Shown here: positions 19,094 to 28,491 of the stretch, piece after piece | Numbering within the stretch: the stretch's first letter is position 1 | Layout of the letters: every line of letters starts with the position of its first letter | Virus record (IMG/VR): IMGVR_UViG_3300036846_001501 | Direction: 5' to 3' (one strand) | DNA from: an uncultured virus (IMG/VR IMGVR_UViG_3300036846_001501) | Lineage: Duplodnaviria > Heunggongvirae > Uroviricota > Caudoviricetes | DNA length: 64,000 nucleotides | Made by a program: the position numbers and the translations under genes | Notes under the pieces: model-generated | What the model was told of the DNA's origin: nothing | Database searches by the model: none | Seen by the model: the letters and a program-made list of their open reading frames with translations, nothing else

Positions 19094-19399
19094 TCAGAGC
19101 CGGCGGAGCCTCCGCATCTCGAAGAAGTTCCGCAGCTTGGGGTAGTCCGCGGCCAGCTTGCGCGCATACCGCGAGCTGTAATGGTCGTTGAGCCGGAACC
19201 CAGCGCTGTCCCATGACTCGATCACGCTCTCAAACCGGATGTGGTGCAGGATCGCGTCGGCGGAATAGCGCCGCACGCCGCGGGCGTGCAGCGCTAGCGC
19301 CGCGTACTTGAAGGCCGTGTAGACCTCTGGATATGTCGCATCGAATATCTCAAAGCGCTGCTGGATCGTTGATTTATACGGCCTCGAGTTGTCGTCCAT
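19094..19399 (-). CDS. Conserved phage hypothetical protein
   Basis: YPEVY..F, RYSA.AI...IR, F.LNDHY..RYARK...P....FFE.R motif. Confidence 0.75.
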   Translation of the reverse strand: MDDNSRPYKSTIQQRFEIFDATYPEVYTAFKYAALALHARGVRRYSADAILHHIRFESVIESWDSAGFRLNDHYSSRYARKLAADYPKLRNFFEMRRLRRL

Positions 19400-19408
19400 G
19401 CGCGCCCC

Positions 19409-20308
19409 CTACTGGGGCGGCCCGTCCAGCATCTGACCCGGCCGGGCCGCAGCCACCCGCGCCTGGGCCTGCTCGGCATAGCGGGGCGACAGCTCAGTTG
19501 TGATGGAATGCCGCCCGAGCTTGATCGCGGTTGCGGCCGTCGTCCCGGTTCCGGCGAACGGGTCTAAAACCAGGTCGCCCTCCTTCGTCAGGAGTCGGAT
19601 CACGCGCCCGAGCAGTTGCTCGGGCATCTGGTTGGGCGCCGAGTCCTTCCGCTTCTCGCGATACGTCCCGCAGACCCGGGGGAAATACCAGACGGAATGC
19701 TCGGGCGTCGTCATCCCGTCCTGGGGCCGGAGGATCCAGGTATCGTCGGGCAGGCGACCGTCGGGGTTCGCCCGCTTGTCGTTGTAGATCGCCTGCCGCG
19801 CCGAGGGCACCCGGACGGCCTCCTCATAGAAGTTGCTGCCATCGCCGGGTGCGGGTGAGAGGTGCAGCAGATGAGTGTGGGAGCGGGTAAGCCTCCGGGT
19901 GCAATTGAGACCAAACGTATAGTACCAGATGATGTGGTGGCGGAGATAAAGCCACTCGCGGCGCGGCCGCGCGGGGATCATACCCAGGCTCATCTGCCCC
20001 TCGGCCAGGACCTCCAGCTTGGCCGCAAACTCATCGCCGATGCAGATGACCAGCGAACCCTCCGGCTTCAAGAGCCGGCGGCACTCGTCGATCCAGAGCG
20101 CCGACCAGGCCAGGTACTGGTCGGCCGGCCGACGGTCGTTGACCGAGTCATAGTCCTGGCCGATGTTGAAGGGGGGGTCGGCGAAGACCAGATCGGCGAT
20201 GCCTGCCTGGAGCTGGGGGAGCAGCTCGAGGCAGTCGCCCGTGTGGACCCGGTCGAGCCAGCCACCGGTGAAATCATCGTCCGTGCTTGTGAGGGCCTCT
20301 TGCGGCAT
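19409..20308 (-). CDS. N4-cytosine/N6-adenine DNA methyltransferase (beta class)
   Basis: GDCLE, catalytic DPPF preceding SAM motif LDPFAGTGTT. Confidence 0.92.
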   Translation of the reverse strand: MPQEALTSTDDDFTGGWLDRVHTGDCLELLPQLQAGIADLVFADPPFNIGQDYDSVNDRRPADQYLAWSALWIDECRRLLKPEGSLVICIGDEFAAKLEVLAEGQMSLGMIPARPRREWLYLRHHIIWYYTFGLNCTRRLTRSHTHLLHLSPAPGDGSNFYEEAVRVPSARQAIYNDKRANPDGRLPDDTWILRPQDGMTTPEHSVWYFPRVCGTYREKRKDSAPNQMPEQLLGRVIRLLTKEGDLVLDPFAGTGTTAATAIKLGRHSITTELSPRYAEQAQARVAAARPGQMLDGPPQ

Positions 20309-20312
20309 CGGA

Positions 20313-20834
20313 TCATTCTCCCACGACGCCGCAGCGCCGGACCACAGCGGTCCAGTCAGCAGCGAAGCGAACCACGAAGGTGACGCGGCGGTTCCAACCC
20401 AATGGGCCAACACACGCGAGATAGACGTCCCGCTGCCAGAGGTCGCCGGCCGTTTGCCTCCAGGCCCCGCTGTCCCTGACGACCTCGGGCTCGAAGTCAT
20501 GATCGACGAAGGCGGCCTCGGCCGTCTCGCGCCGCTCGCGGTCGAGTGTAGCGGGATCGCGCACCGACGGAAGGCCAATGCGACGGGCCTCCTCGAGCAT
20601 GGCGCCGGCGACCTCCTGCTGCTGCTCTGTCAGGAGTGCATTCTGGCAGCACACCCGGCGGTACAGATCGCAGATCATGTCCTGATAGGCCAGGAGTTGC
20701 CGCCGGGGCGTGCGGCAGCCGTCGATCAGATCGGCGGCTGCGTCGTGGGATATCACCCCGTCGCGGCGCATCAGGGCGATGAACATCTCGAAGGAGAGTG
20801 GCCGCCGGATGGCGGTCGTCTGCTTCGACATCAT
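20313..20834 (-). CDS. Hypothetical protein
   Basis: AGGAG SD, coupled. Confidence 0.7.
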   Translation of the reverse strand: MMSKQTTAIRRPLSFEMFIALMRRDGVISHDAAADLIDGCRTPRRQLLAYQDMICDLYRRVCCQNALLTEQQQEVAGAMLEEARRIGLPSVRDPATLDRERRETAEAAFVDHDFEPEVVRDSGAWRQTAGDLWQRDVYLACVGPLGWNRRVTFVVRFAADWTAVVRRCGVVGE

Positions 20835-21022
20835 GGACTCCTTTTACGGTCGGGTTTCCGGCCGTGCATCCGCACGACCCCTGTCGTCTTGATCCAGCGG
20901 ACGATCGTCGACCGCGACCGCCCGGCCTGCCGGGCGATCTCGGAGACGGCCACGCCGGCGTTGTAAAGATGGCGGGCTGCAAGCATAGCGCAGACGCCGT
21001 GGAACGTGATGCGCCTGTTCAT
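20831..21022 (-). CDS. Small HTH DNA-binding protein
   Basis: LY.AG..VSEIARQAGRSRSTIVRWI. Confidence 0.8.
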   Translation of the reverse strand: MNRRITFHGVCAMLAARHLYNAGVAVSEIARQAGRSRSTIVRWIKTTGVVRMHGRKPDRKRSP

Positions 21023-21321
21023 GAAAGGTTCCCAGTCTTTCGCTTCGCCTCGGTCTCGGCGTTCCAGGCCGCCACCTGCTGCTCCAAATCCGCGATCCGT
21101 TGCGAGAGGAGACCGGCGACATACAACCGAGCTTCTTCCTCGGTGCGGTGGATCTCGTTGGCCGCACGGGGATACCCGCCAATCTCGCAGCGCGCCGAGA
21201 GCCTGTCACCACAGACCGCGGTGACCTTCCCTCGCCAGGTGCTAGGCGTACCGTTGTTCCAGATTTCACCTACCCACACTTCGATGCCGTGCTGGAGTTT
21301 ACGGGCTTCAGTGTCGGTCAC
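21019..21321 (-). CDS. Hypothetical protein
   Basis: GGAGG SD before GTG. Confidence 0.6.
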   Translation of the reverse strand: MTDTEARKLQHGIEVWVGEIWNNGTPSTWRGKVTAVCGDRLSARCEIGGYPRAANEIHRTEEEARLYVAGLLSQRIADLEQQVAAWNAETEAKRKTGNLS

Positions 21322-21372
21322 GGCTGATCCTCCCGGGCCCCCGCGGCCCAAAGGCCGCGGGGGCAGTGCCGT

Positions 21373-21672
21373 TCAGGGTCGGTGCGGCACGAAATTGAAG
21401 TAAAAACGGGGGCTATGCTTGAACTCCAGGCTTCCTTTCTGGCCGTCGCTCTTGCGCGTGGCGACGCAGATGCCCAGCGAGAAGCCGAGCACCGTGAAGT
21501 CCTCGGACAGCTCGTCGGTCGTCCAGACCTGACCGTACTTCGCCTCAAGGGCCTTTCTGGGGTCCTCGGGCGCCGCGGCGATCGCCGCGCTCGCCTCGGC
21601 ATTCACCGTCGCGTAGTTCATGCGGGCCCGAAGCTCCAGCATCAGGTCTTCACTCGATTGTTCCTGGGCCAT
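21373..21672 (-). CDS. Conserved hypothetical protein
   Basis: YGQVW.T.EL..DF.V.GF...V.RKSDG.KGSLEF.H.PRFYF. Confidence 0.75.
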   Translation of the reverse strand: MAQEQSSEDLMLELRARMNYATVNAEASAAIAAAPEDPRKALEAKYGQVWTTDELSEDFTVLGFSLGICVATRKSDGQKGSLEFKHSPRFYFNFVPHRP

Positions 21673-21688
21673 GGTGATCTTCCTCGGA

Positions 21689-21901
21689 TCATGTGGTCGA
21701 ACTCAAGAGCAGCCGTCCGCTGCGGACGGCCAGCTTGTGTGTGTTCACGACCTCCTCGGGCCCCTCGACCGTGAGGGTGCCCACGTGCCCGTTGGTCGCG
21801 TCCGCCTCGACATGGAGGTAGACGATCATTCGCTCACCGGACCCCTCCGCAGTGATCCGCCGGAGCAGGTCGTTCCTGATCGCGATCCGGACCATCGCCA
21901 C
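21689..21901 (-). CDS. Hypothetical protein
   Basis: GAGG SD, fills gap in operon. Confidence 0.6.
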   Translation of the reverse strand: MAMVRIAIRNDLLRRITAEGSGERMIVYLHVEADATNGHVGTLTVEGPEEVVNTHKLAVRSGRLLLSSTT

Positions 21902-21911
21902 GGCCGTTGCC

Positions 21912-22694
21912 TCACATCACAAAGTCGGGGGCCTCGGCCGGCACCTCGCCCCGCTCGACGGCGGCGAGGATATCGGCCAGCTTGAAGTTATGCCGGAAGT
22001 CGTGGCCGATCTCGGCCTCGACCCGTACGTACTCGCGGAGCAGCTCGGTGTTGTGCTTGCCGGCGATTAGGAGGCTGTCACGATTCGCAAAGATGCATAG
22101 CACACATGAGAGTCGCTTCATGCCGAGGTCGTATGCGCCGTGGTGCCGAGTGCCCGCGGCCCGGTTGCGGGCCCAGACCTGGTCCACGGTCCAGTCCTTC
22201 AGCGGGAGCCAGATATCGACTCCCCGCTTCGTGTTGGTGTTTCGCCGGTCCACCTGGAACACCGGCAGCTTGGCCCGGTTCGGCGACTCCTGAGCGCGCA
22301 TCCCCATGCAGGACAGGATCCGCGCTCCGTTGCCCACTTCGGCCGTGAACCGGGTGAAGAGCGTGGCAATCTGGCCCCGCTTGTGGTCCGACGTGCAGAA
22401 CCGCTGCTTCGAGGACGGCCACATCCGCCGCTTTAGGACGTGCGAGAGCAGGTCTCCCTGTGGCCGCGTGACGGCCTCGAACCGGACGCCGTAATGCGCG
22501 GCATGCTCCCGCGCCAGCTCCTCGGTGCCCGGCCACTCCATGGCGCCGAGATTCGCATGTGCCATCACGACCCGGTCGAGCATACCGACCTTATCGGCCA
22601 GCGTGCAGACCAGGTCCGTCTGGGCCTGGGAATCCTTTCCCCCACTCGTATTAACGACGATGCGATCGTAAGACCGCAGGTCAGGCATCTCCAT
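21912..22694 (-). CDS. PAPS-reductase-like protein 2
   Basis: PP-loop SGGKDS, RFCTSDHK, GMRAQES.NR, W.PL.DW...VW, RLSCVLC. Confidence 0.88.
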   Translation of the reverse strand: MEMPDLRSYDRIVVNTSGGKDSQAQTDLVCTLADKVGMLDRVVMAHANLGAMEWPGTEELAREHAAHYGVRFEAVTRPQGDLLSHVLKRRMWPSSKQRFCTSDHKRGQIATLFTRFTAEVGNGARILSCMGMRAQESPNRAKLPVFQVDRRNTNTKRGVDIWLPLKDWTVDQVWARNRAAGTRHHGAYDLGMKRLSCVLCIFANRDSLLIAGKHNTELLREYVRVEAEIGHDFRHNFKLADILAAVERGEVPAEAPDFVM

Positions 22695-22755
22695 CGTCGA
22701 ATTGATCCCGGGTGAAACCGATCAGGTTCCGGCGAATCGATCGCCGAAACGACGC

Positions 22756-23187
22756 TCAGACTGCCGCCTCCTCTTGCTCCCGGGCCCAGGCATGCCGGGC
22801 CTTGAAACGGATCAGCAGATAGGCAGCGATCGGCGTCAGCTCGGCCCCCGACCAGACCTCGCTGACGTACTCGAAGATGTTGAAACGCCGCGTGAACCGC
22901 CGCCGGGTGCACGTGGATGCCCAACTGAGCTGGCCGGCGATCTCGTTGGGATGGACAACAATCGGACCATCGTGCCGCCAGGTCATGAAGGCATGCGCCC
23001 GGGGGAACAGTTGAGCAAACCTGGCCCAGTAGGCTTCCACCGTGATCCCGTTGCCCGGATCGCGGTGTTTCTGCCACCAGTCGTATGCCCGCTTGCAGTC
23101 GTCGAAGAAGGCACGGAGTTCCTTGCACTTCTCCTCGGCGGAGTCGTTATCGACCATCGCATGGATCTTGATGTACTTCTCGCCCAT
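22756..23187 (-). CDS. Hypothetical protein
   Basis: GAGGAG SD before MGEKY. Confidence 0.65.
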   Translation of the reverse strand: MGEKYIKIHAMVDNDSAEEKCKELRAFFDDCKRAYDWWQKHRDPGNGITVEAYWARFAQLFPRAHAFMTWRHDGPIVVHPNEIAGQLSWASTCTRRRFTRRFNIFEYVSEVWSGAELTPIAAYLLIRFKARHAWAREQEEAAV

Positions 23188-23201
23188 CCGAATCTCCTCA
23201 T

Positions 23202-23843
23202 CTACTCCTGGGGTTCTTTCCAGCCCATGTGCCGGGCCAGGTCGATCGGGAACTTCCTGAGCATGACCCGGGTGGATCCGTCGCCGGGCCCGAAGAGCCA
23301 GCCGTCGACGAAGGGGGTGGAGGACCGGTTGTCGACGATGCGGCAGGCCGCCTCGTAGGCTTCCACCGCATCGACATACCAGCGCTCCCTCCCCATATCG
23401 AGGTCCTGCAAGAACCAGATGACGATCTTCGGGTCGGCCATCGGCGAGCGGGGCACGGTGACGACCCGGCGGGGGATCAGGGTGATCTCGCCGCAGGACT
23501 CGTAGCCCCGCCGGCCCCAGCCCAGGTGATAGATCCCGCCGGAATTCGGCGGCGGCCACTCCTCGCGGTCGTACAGCGCCACACCCAGGTGGCGGAGCTG
23601 GTGCTCGTCGGGCGGCCGGTAATCATCGGTCGCGACGGGCACCTCGTGGAGGGCCGCCATTGTGGTGGGGGCGCAGAGAATACCGAAGAGCACGCTCGGC
23701 TTCGGCAGCCGGTCGACCACGAAGCCGAACCCCCAGAGCTTGCCGTCGGAGTGGGCCTCCGTCGGCTCGTAGAGCACGATCGAGACATCATAGGCCAGGG
23801 TGATCGGATGCGCCGGATCACTCACCAGCTTCGGTTTCGTCAT
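23202..23843 (-). CDS. Hypothetical protein
   Basis: GGAGG SD before MTKPK. Confidence 0.7.
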   Translation of the reverse strand: MTKPKLVSDPAHPITLAYDVSIVLYEPTEAHSDGKLWGFGFVVDRLPKPSVLFGILCAPTTMAALHEVPVATDDYRPPDEHQLRHLGVALYDREEWPPPNSGGIYHLGWGRRGYESCGEITLIPRRVVTVPRSPMADPKIVIWFLQDLDMGRERWYVDAVEAYEAACRIVDNRSSTPFVDGWLFGPGDGSTRVMLRKFPIDLARHMGWKEPQE

Positions 23844-24012
23844 CTTGGTCCTCCTCCTCCTCGATCTCGTCGTCCCTGGGATAATGATCCTCGCAGCGCC
23901 CGAGGTGGAATGCCTCGTAGCCGGCGCCGAGGAGCTTGCCGCATACGGCGCAGACATCGACCTTCCATTCCCCGAAGGGGAATTCGACGGCGTCAGTCGG
24001 CTTTTCCGCCAT
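23818..24012 (-). CDS. Small acidic zinc-finger protein
   Basis: CAVC...CEDH, acidic tail. Confidence 0.6.
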   Translation of the reverse strand: MAEKPTDAVEFPFGEWKVDVCAVCGKLLGAGYEAFHLGRCEDHYPRDDEIEEEEDQDDETEAGE

Positions 24013-24295
24013 CGTCGTCGTCCTCCTCGAAGGGGGTCAGGTGGCCGTCATCGATCGCGGCCATCAGGAACGCCCGCGCCACCTCCACGTCGTCCAGGTC
24101 GAGCCCGGCGGCACCGGGCAGATTGCGGATATCGAACTCGCCGTTCTCGCCGGGGTTCTCGTCGCTGCATCCAATCCCGGTGCCGAAGTGGTACGTCCGG
24201 GTACCTTGCCCGGCAAAGTCGTTCTTGTAGATGTGGTAGACGGTCACACCGGCATGCTCTACGAACACCTCCGGGTCGACCCACTCATAAGGCAT
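23993..24295 (-). CDS. Acidic hypothetical protein
   Basis: MPYEW.DPE.F..H.GV.VYH.YK.D motif. Confidence 0.7.
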   Translation of the reverse strand: MPYEWVDPEVFVEHAGVTVYHIYKNDFAGQGTRTYHFGTGIGCSDENPGENGEFDIRNLPGAAGLDLDDVEVARAFLMAAIDDGHLTPFEEDDDDGGKAD

Positions 24296-24452
24296 TGTCC
24301 TGGTCCTCCTGGATCAGCGGCCGGGCCGAGTAAGCATAGCGCGGGATGTGGTCGGAGCAGGTGAACTCCACCCGCTCCGTGACGAGCAACCAGGTACAGC
24401 GGTACGTGGCGGGCCGGGGACAGCCAGGATGTGCGCAGGGAGGCGGAGCCAT
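24285..24452 (-). CDS. 55-aa putative zinc-finger protein (below ORF-track cutoff)
   Basis: MAPPPCAHPGC...CSDH; TGATG coupling, GGAG SD, fills the operon gap. Confidence 0.55.
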   Translation of the reverse strand: MAPPPCAHPGCPRPATYRCTWLLVTERVEFTCSDHIPRYAYSARPLIQEDQDNAL

Positions 24453-24763
24453 CAATGCTCCTCCTGCGGGGGGAATTCAACCTCGCACCAGTACCGCACG
24501 AACCCCGGCTTGAAAGGCACATCATCGGGCACGAGCAGCCATCCGGGCTCCGGTGGGCTGGAGTGTAGGCCACCCAGCCAACCATCGAGCCAGGACAGGC
24601 CGAACCGAGCCAGCACGCATGCCACTGAGCCTCTTTCCTGGGCCAGCAGCGGAGCGAGCACGCCCGTGTTCGCCGGCGGCTGCTGCGCGGCCCAGACCAG
24701 AACCACTTTGTTGGGGTCATCCGGGACCGCTTCATTCGCATTGATCCAGTTAAGCCGCGTCAT
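24452..24763 (-). CDS. Hypothetical protein (DUF551-like N-terminus)
   Basis: WI.A.EAVPD...VLV start and V.YW....PP end. Confidence 0.6.
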   Translation of the reverse strand: MTRLNWINANEAVPDDPNKVVLVWAAQQPPANTGVLAPLLAQERGSVACVLARFGLSWLDGWLGGLHSSPPEPGWLLVPDDVPFKPGFVRYWCEVEFPPQEEH

Positions 24764-25214
24764 GGTTATCGTTATCCTCCTCGTCATCCTCCTCGTCATC
24801 CTCGTCGTCATCGCCGTCGCCCATCAGACTGAACCCAACCACGCCGACCTCGCGGGCCAGCGCCTCCGGATCGAAATCCTTGGGGTAGGCGATCTGGGCC
24901 ATCCCGGGCTCGCCATCGCGCGGCCCGAGCATCCCCTCGACCTTGCAGCCCAGCTCGTGGGCGCGCGCTGCGAAGGCGCGGTAGTGTTCGACCTGAGCGT
25001 AGCGGAAGCCCTGCTTGTTCTTCAGGCCGTACCGGACGACCTCGGCCACATTCGGCAGATCATCGCGGACAGGGCGAACCGTCACGACGTCGTCGATGTT
25101 CAACCCGCCGCAGAGCGGGATGTTGCAGATCCGGTATTCGCCCTTACCGAGGTCCTCGGCCCAGCCGGTCTCGCCCTCAGCGAACCGGATCCGGACCATC
25201 TTGGGCTCGCTCAT
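24750..25214 (-). CDS. Hypothetical protein (DUF4265-like N-terminus) with acidic tail
   Basis: ETGWAEDLG.GEYRI.NIP...GLNIDDVV. Confidence 0.65.
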   Translation of the reverse strand: MSEPKMVRIRFAEGETGWAEDLGKGEYRICNIPLCGGLNIDDVVTVRPVRDDLPNVAEVVRYGLKNKQGFRYAQVEHYRAFAARAHELGCKVEGMLGPRDGEPGMAQIAYPKDFDPEALAREVGVVGFSLMGDGDDDEDDEEDDEEDNDNHDAA

Positions 25215-25230
25215 CTCAGTCCCCTTTCTC

Positions 25231-25572
25231 TCAGTCTCGGTCTCGGTCTCGGAGTAGTCGATCAAGCGCCGGGAAGACATCCCGGAGCGTGTCACGGTCG
25301 ATCGTTTCGATCTGGTTGAGCAACCAGGCCCGTCGCTGCCCATCCTCGTCAAGAGCACCGCCAGTTCGCGGACAGGGCATCGTCGCCTCGGAATCGAGCA
25401 CGGCCCGGGTCGCCGCCCGGATCGCGTTGGTAACCTTCGTGAGCGCCTCCGCGTCACGGTGATAGCTGTGCTGGCGGAGAATCCGCCAGAGCGTGTGGTC
25501 GGCGAAGCCGTTACCCCCCAGCGGGCAGAGCTGGGAGACGGCATCGATCAGGGCCCTGATCTGGTCCGTCAT
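25231..25572 (-). CDS. Hypothetical protein
   Basis: Fills operon gap; MTDQIRAL. Confidence 0.6.
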   Translation of the reverse strand: MTDQIRALIDAVSQLCPLGGNGFADHTLWRILRQHSYHRDAEALTKVTNAIRAATRAVLDSEATMPCPRTGGALDEDGQRRAWLLNQIETIDRDTLRDVFPALDRLLRDRDRD

Positions 25573-25591
25573 CTCGTCATTCTCCGGCTGA

Positions 25592-25987
25592 TCAGGGAGG
25601 ATAGGCCATGCTGGGCGGCGGACCGGCGGCACGCTCGGCGAGGTCCAGCTCGCGGGCCTTCGCCGTGAGCCGGCAGACCGGCCGGTCCTTGACGTAACCA
25701 TAGCTGACCGTGCGCCCGGTCTTCTCGACGAGGCCCTGGCGCTCCAGGTCCTCGAGGAAGTCAGCCGCCACGTCGTGGTTGAGGATGAACTCGCCGGCCG
25801 GCAGGTGTCCTGCCTGCGTCACGTTGATCGAGAGCGTGCAGAAGGGTTCTTCCTCGCGCCCCTTGTCGTCGCAGAGGTTCAGGCGCACGGCGAGGTTGCC
25901 GCCGTGCGTGTACTGGTGCGTATGGAGCGCCAGGATCACCGGGCTTCCCATGTACGTTGCCTCGATCCGCTTCCTGGTCAGGGGCAT
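25592..25987 (-). CDS. DUF4313-like protein
   Basis: Y..GGNLAV.L, EPF.TLS.N, FL..L...GL...TG....GYV..PV. Confidence 0.65.
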   Translation of the reverse strand: MPLTRKRIEATYMGSPVILALHTHQYTHGGNLAVRLNLCDDKGREEEPFCTLSINVTQAGHLPAGEFILNHDVAADFLEDLERQGLVEKTGRTVSYGYVKDRPVCRLTAKARELDLAERAAGPPPSMAYPP

Positions 25988-25999
25988 GATTGAGTTCTC

Positions 26000-26437
26000 C
26001 TAGTTGGCTCGGGCATGCTCGTTGTACCAGCGGAGCTGCTCGCCGACCCCGAGGCCGACGAGCGGACACTCCGCCCTGGGGAAGTAGGCCAGCAGGAACT
26101 CGCGATAGTCGAGCCCAGCGTGGAAATAGACCGGCACGTCGTCGAAGGACGCGATCCCCCGGTCCTTGCAGAGCCGGTAGATCCGCCAGTATGTGTCCTG
26201 CGCCCAGGCCCGGCGGATCGTCCGGTCCTTGATGTTCGCCAGGCAGACGTTGTACCAGGACAGCTCCTGGTCGGGAGGCACCGCACGGTGCAGCGCCGAC
26301 AGAATGAAGGTGTGGTCGTAGGCCCGCTCACAGTGGGCCAGGGCCTTCTGAAAGAGCGGGCTTGCATACAGCTCCCGGGCCGGATGGCGACCCGGGCGCT
26401 TCGTCTTGGCGCAGGCGACCAGGCCGATCGTGGTCAT
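26000..26437 (-). CDS. DUF6884-like protein
   Basis: LVAC.KTK...PARELY.S.LF.K, FILSA.H, YN..L, F.AG.DY, PL.GLG.GEQL.W. Confidence 0.8.
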   Translation of the reverse strand: MTTIGLVACAKTKRPGRHPARELYASPLFQKALAHCERAYDHTFILSALHRAVPPDQELSWYNVCLANIKDRTIRRAWAQDTYWRIYRLCKDRGIASFDDVPVYFHAGLDYREFLLAYFPRAECPLVGLGVGEQLRWYNEHARAN

Positions 26438-26661
26438 GGTGACTCCTCGGACTGAGCCTTGAGCAAATGATCGATCCGTGGATCATCGGACTCGACCTCG
26501 ATCGTGCGGATCTCGCGCAAGCACATGCCGGTCGTCTGCGCGTAGGATTCGGCACCTTCCCGGGTCGAGAACACGCCGCCGTCCGAGAGCGTGGCCACGA
26601 TCCGGCGATCGGGCAAGATCCTGGGATACCAACCGATCGTCTGATAGGCACTGATTTTCAC
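26434..26661 (-). CDS. Hypothetical protein
   Basis: GTGA and ATGA coupling. Confidence 0.6.
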   Translation of the reverse strand: MKISAYQTIGWYPRILPDRRIVATLSDGGVFSTREGAESYAQTTGMCLREIRTIEVESDDPRIDHLLKAQSEESP

Positions 26662-27152
26662 GACGCGACCTCACGAGCTTTGAGAGCTTCGAGCATGGCC
26701 CGCAGGATCAGGGTCGTAATCCCCTGCGTTGTCTGCCACTTATTCAGGGGCTCCGCCTCCCAGTGTCCCACCCAGCGCACATAGTTGCCGCTGATCTCCA
26801 GACGTACACCCGCAGGCTCCTCGGCCGTCTCGTAATGTGTCCAGGGTGTGTCGCTCCAGGCACAGGGGCAGTTGCAGCAGACTTCCGGCTCCCCCGAACG
26901 AGCCAGCTCGTCGAGGAGAAACTCGTGGCCCTTGAGCGGCGCGCCGGTGAGCCAGCGGAGCTGGACCGAGGCGGGGTTCTCGACATGCAGACTGACGGCT
27001 TCGAGCCCGAGCCCCTTAAAACGCTTGTGCCAGCCGAGCAGGTCCTCGACCGCCGCGCGCGTGAGGCAGATCTCGACCCCGTCCGGGCCGCCGACGTGAT
27101 CGCCGTGCACGCCCGCGATGAAATACCGCGCGGGCTTGTTTGGTTGGTTCAC
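26658..27152 (-). CDS. Hypothetical protein
   Basis: GTGA coupling, GGAGG SD. Confidence 0.65.
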   Translation of the reverse strand: MNQPNKPARYFIAGVHGDHVGGPDGVEICLTRAAVEDLLGWHKRFKGLGLEAVSLHVENPASVQLRWLTGAPLKGHEFLLDELARSGEPEVCCNCPCAWSDTPWTHYETAEEPAGVRLEISGNYVRWVGHWEAEPLNKWQTTQGITTLILRAMLEALKAREVAS

Positions 27153-27619
27153 AGAACGGCCTCCGCGGGCTCGTCCTGCGTGTTCGTGATCAACGACACC
27201 TGCCACCAGGGGGGCAGGGAGTCGACGCCGGTAATCATTTGCTGGATCACCTCCGCCGCTACGTTGTGGCGGCTCCGCCCAAAGCAGGTCAGCGGGTCGG
27301 CGATCAACCAGATGATCTCCACGTCGTAACCCGCGGCCTCGGCGACCCGATAGTAGGGAGCAAGCTCCCAGACCCGGGTGTTGGTGTTGTTCACGATGAT
27401 CAGCTCAGCCCGCCGCTCGATGGCGGCGAGGAACGTCCGGAGGCACATGTCGTGCGCCTCCGGCAGGCGTTCGCGGTCGAACTCGTAATGGCCGTCCTTC
27501 ATGAAAAAGTCGTCGGCCGAGACGATCACCGCGCTCGGGACCACATGCCGGCGGATCCACCAATCCTTGCCGGCCCCGCTGGCACCCCGCATGATCAGAC
27601 AGATGGGCTTGTTCGCCAT
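27149..27619 (-). CDS. AAA_33 / N4BP2-like P-loop polynucleotide kinase
   Basis: IMRGASGAGK, SADDFF...G.Y.FD...L.EAH..C, IIVNNTN...WE..PY. Confidence 0.85.
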   Translation of the reverse strand: MANKPICLIMRGASGAGKDWWIRRHVVPSAVIVSADDFFMKDGHYEFDRERLPEAHDMCLRTFLAAIERRAELIIVNNTNTRVWELAPYYRVAEAAGYDVEIIWLIADPLTCFGRSRHNVAAEVIQQMITGVDSLPPWWQVSLITNTQDEPAEAVL

Positions 27620-27621
27620 AT

Positions 27622-27843
27622 TTACCAGTCCTGAACGGGTACTTCGTCCTCGAGGACGAGGACGCCATGCTTCTTGAATGTGGCGTAGCAGTAGAACTTG
27701 GGACGGCCCCGGAATAATTTCCTTAGCTCGGGGGTGGTCTCCAGGACGGACATGACGCTGCGGTCCTGGTTGTAGACCACGATACTCTTGCCACCGTCAT
27801 TGAGGCTGATCTGGACCTTGACGATGAATCGTGTGCTTCCCAC
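27622..27843 (-). CDS. Hypothetical protein
   Basis: AGGAG SD; FIVKVQ...VYNQDRS...K.Y..A......QDW. Confidence 0.65.
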   Translation of the reverse strand: MGSTRFIVKVQISLNDGGKSIVVYNQDRSVMSVLETTPELRKLFRGRPKFYCYATFKKHGVLVLEDEVPVQDW

Positions 27844-27853
27844 GGTTGTTCTC

Positions 27854-28156
27854 CTAGCGCCGCAGCCGCTCCAGGCGGCCGCGCAGGTAGTGCAACTCCT
27901 CGGGCGTCGTGCCCGCAACACGGCAGGCACCCTCGATGTTATGCCTCAGGGACGACTCGTCGCCCAGGAACTCATTCAGACCACAATCCCCCTCGCGTTG
28001 CCCCAGCAGGCAACCGTCGCTGGTCAGGCAGAGGTCCGTGAGGCAGGGTTTGCTCCAGCGCTGGCCCAGGAGATAGGCCAGGATGGCGTGGAACTTCGGA
28101 CTCACCCGGAGCTTTCCCGGGCGCAGCTTGTCGATCAGGGCCTCGCGCGTGGTCAT
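27854..28156 (-). CDS. Hypothetical protein
   Basis: ATGA coupling. Confidence 0.7.
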   Translation of the reverse strand: MTTREALIDKLRPGKLRVSPKFHAILAYLLGQRWSKPCLTDLCLTSDGCLLGQREGDCGLNEFLGDESSLRHNIEGACRVAGTTPEELHYLRGRLERLRR

Positions 28157-28479
28157 ACGAAATCAAGCTCCAGCTCGGCCGGGATCGTGAATTCGCCCAG
28201 GCAGGGACGAGTGGTATCCCAGGCGGGCCGCCCGGCCAGTTCTTCAGGGGTTAGCGGGATCGCCGCCTGGCAGCAGATCCGCGGGTTCTGCCCATTCTCG
28301 TCGCAGACCTCGTAGCGGCCCTCGATCTTGAGCAGGCCGTCTTCCAACTGCATGTCCCTGCGTATCGCCAGGATCTCTTCAACGTGCTCGAAGCACGCAA
28401 CGTCGGTGCAGCCACAGTGCGGGCAGGTCAGAGTGCCGGCCTTCGGATCGTAGATCCCCTCCTTGATGGATTGGTCCAT
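28153..28479 (-). CDS. Zinc-ribbon hypothetical protein
   Basis: CPHCG and further Cys; GGAG SD. Confidence 0.7.
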   Translation of the reverse strand: MDQSIKEGIYDPKAGTLTCPHCGCTDVACFEHVEEILAIRRDMQLEDGLLKIEGRYEVCDENGQNPRICCQAAIPLTPEELAGRPAWDTTRPCLGEFTIPAELELDFV

Positions 28480-28491
28480 GAGGTTCGCTCC

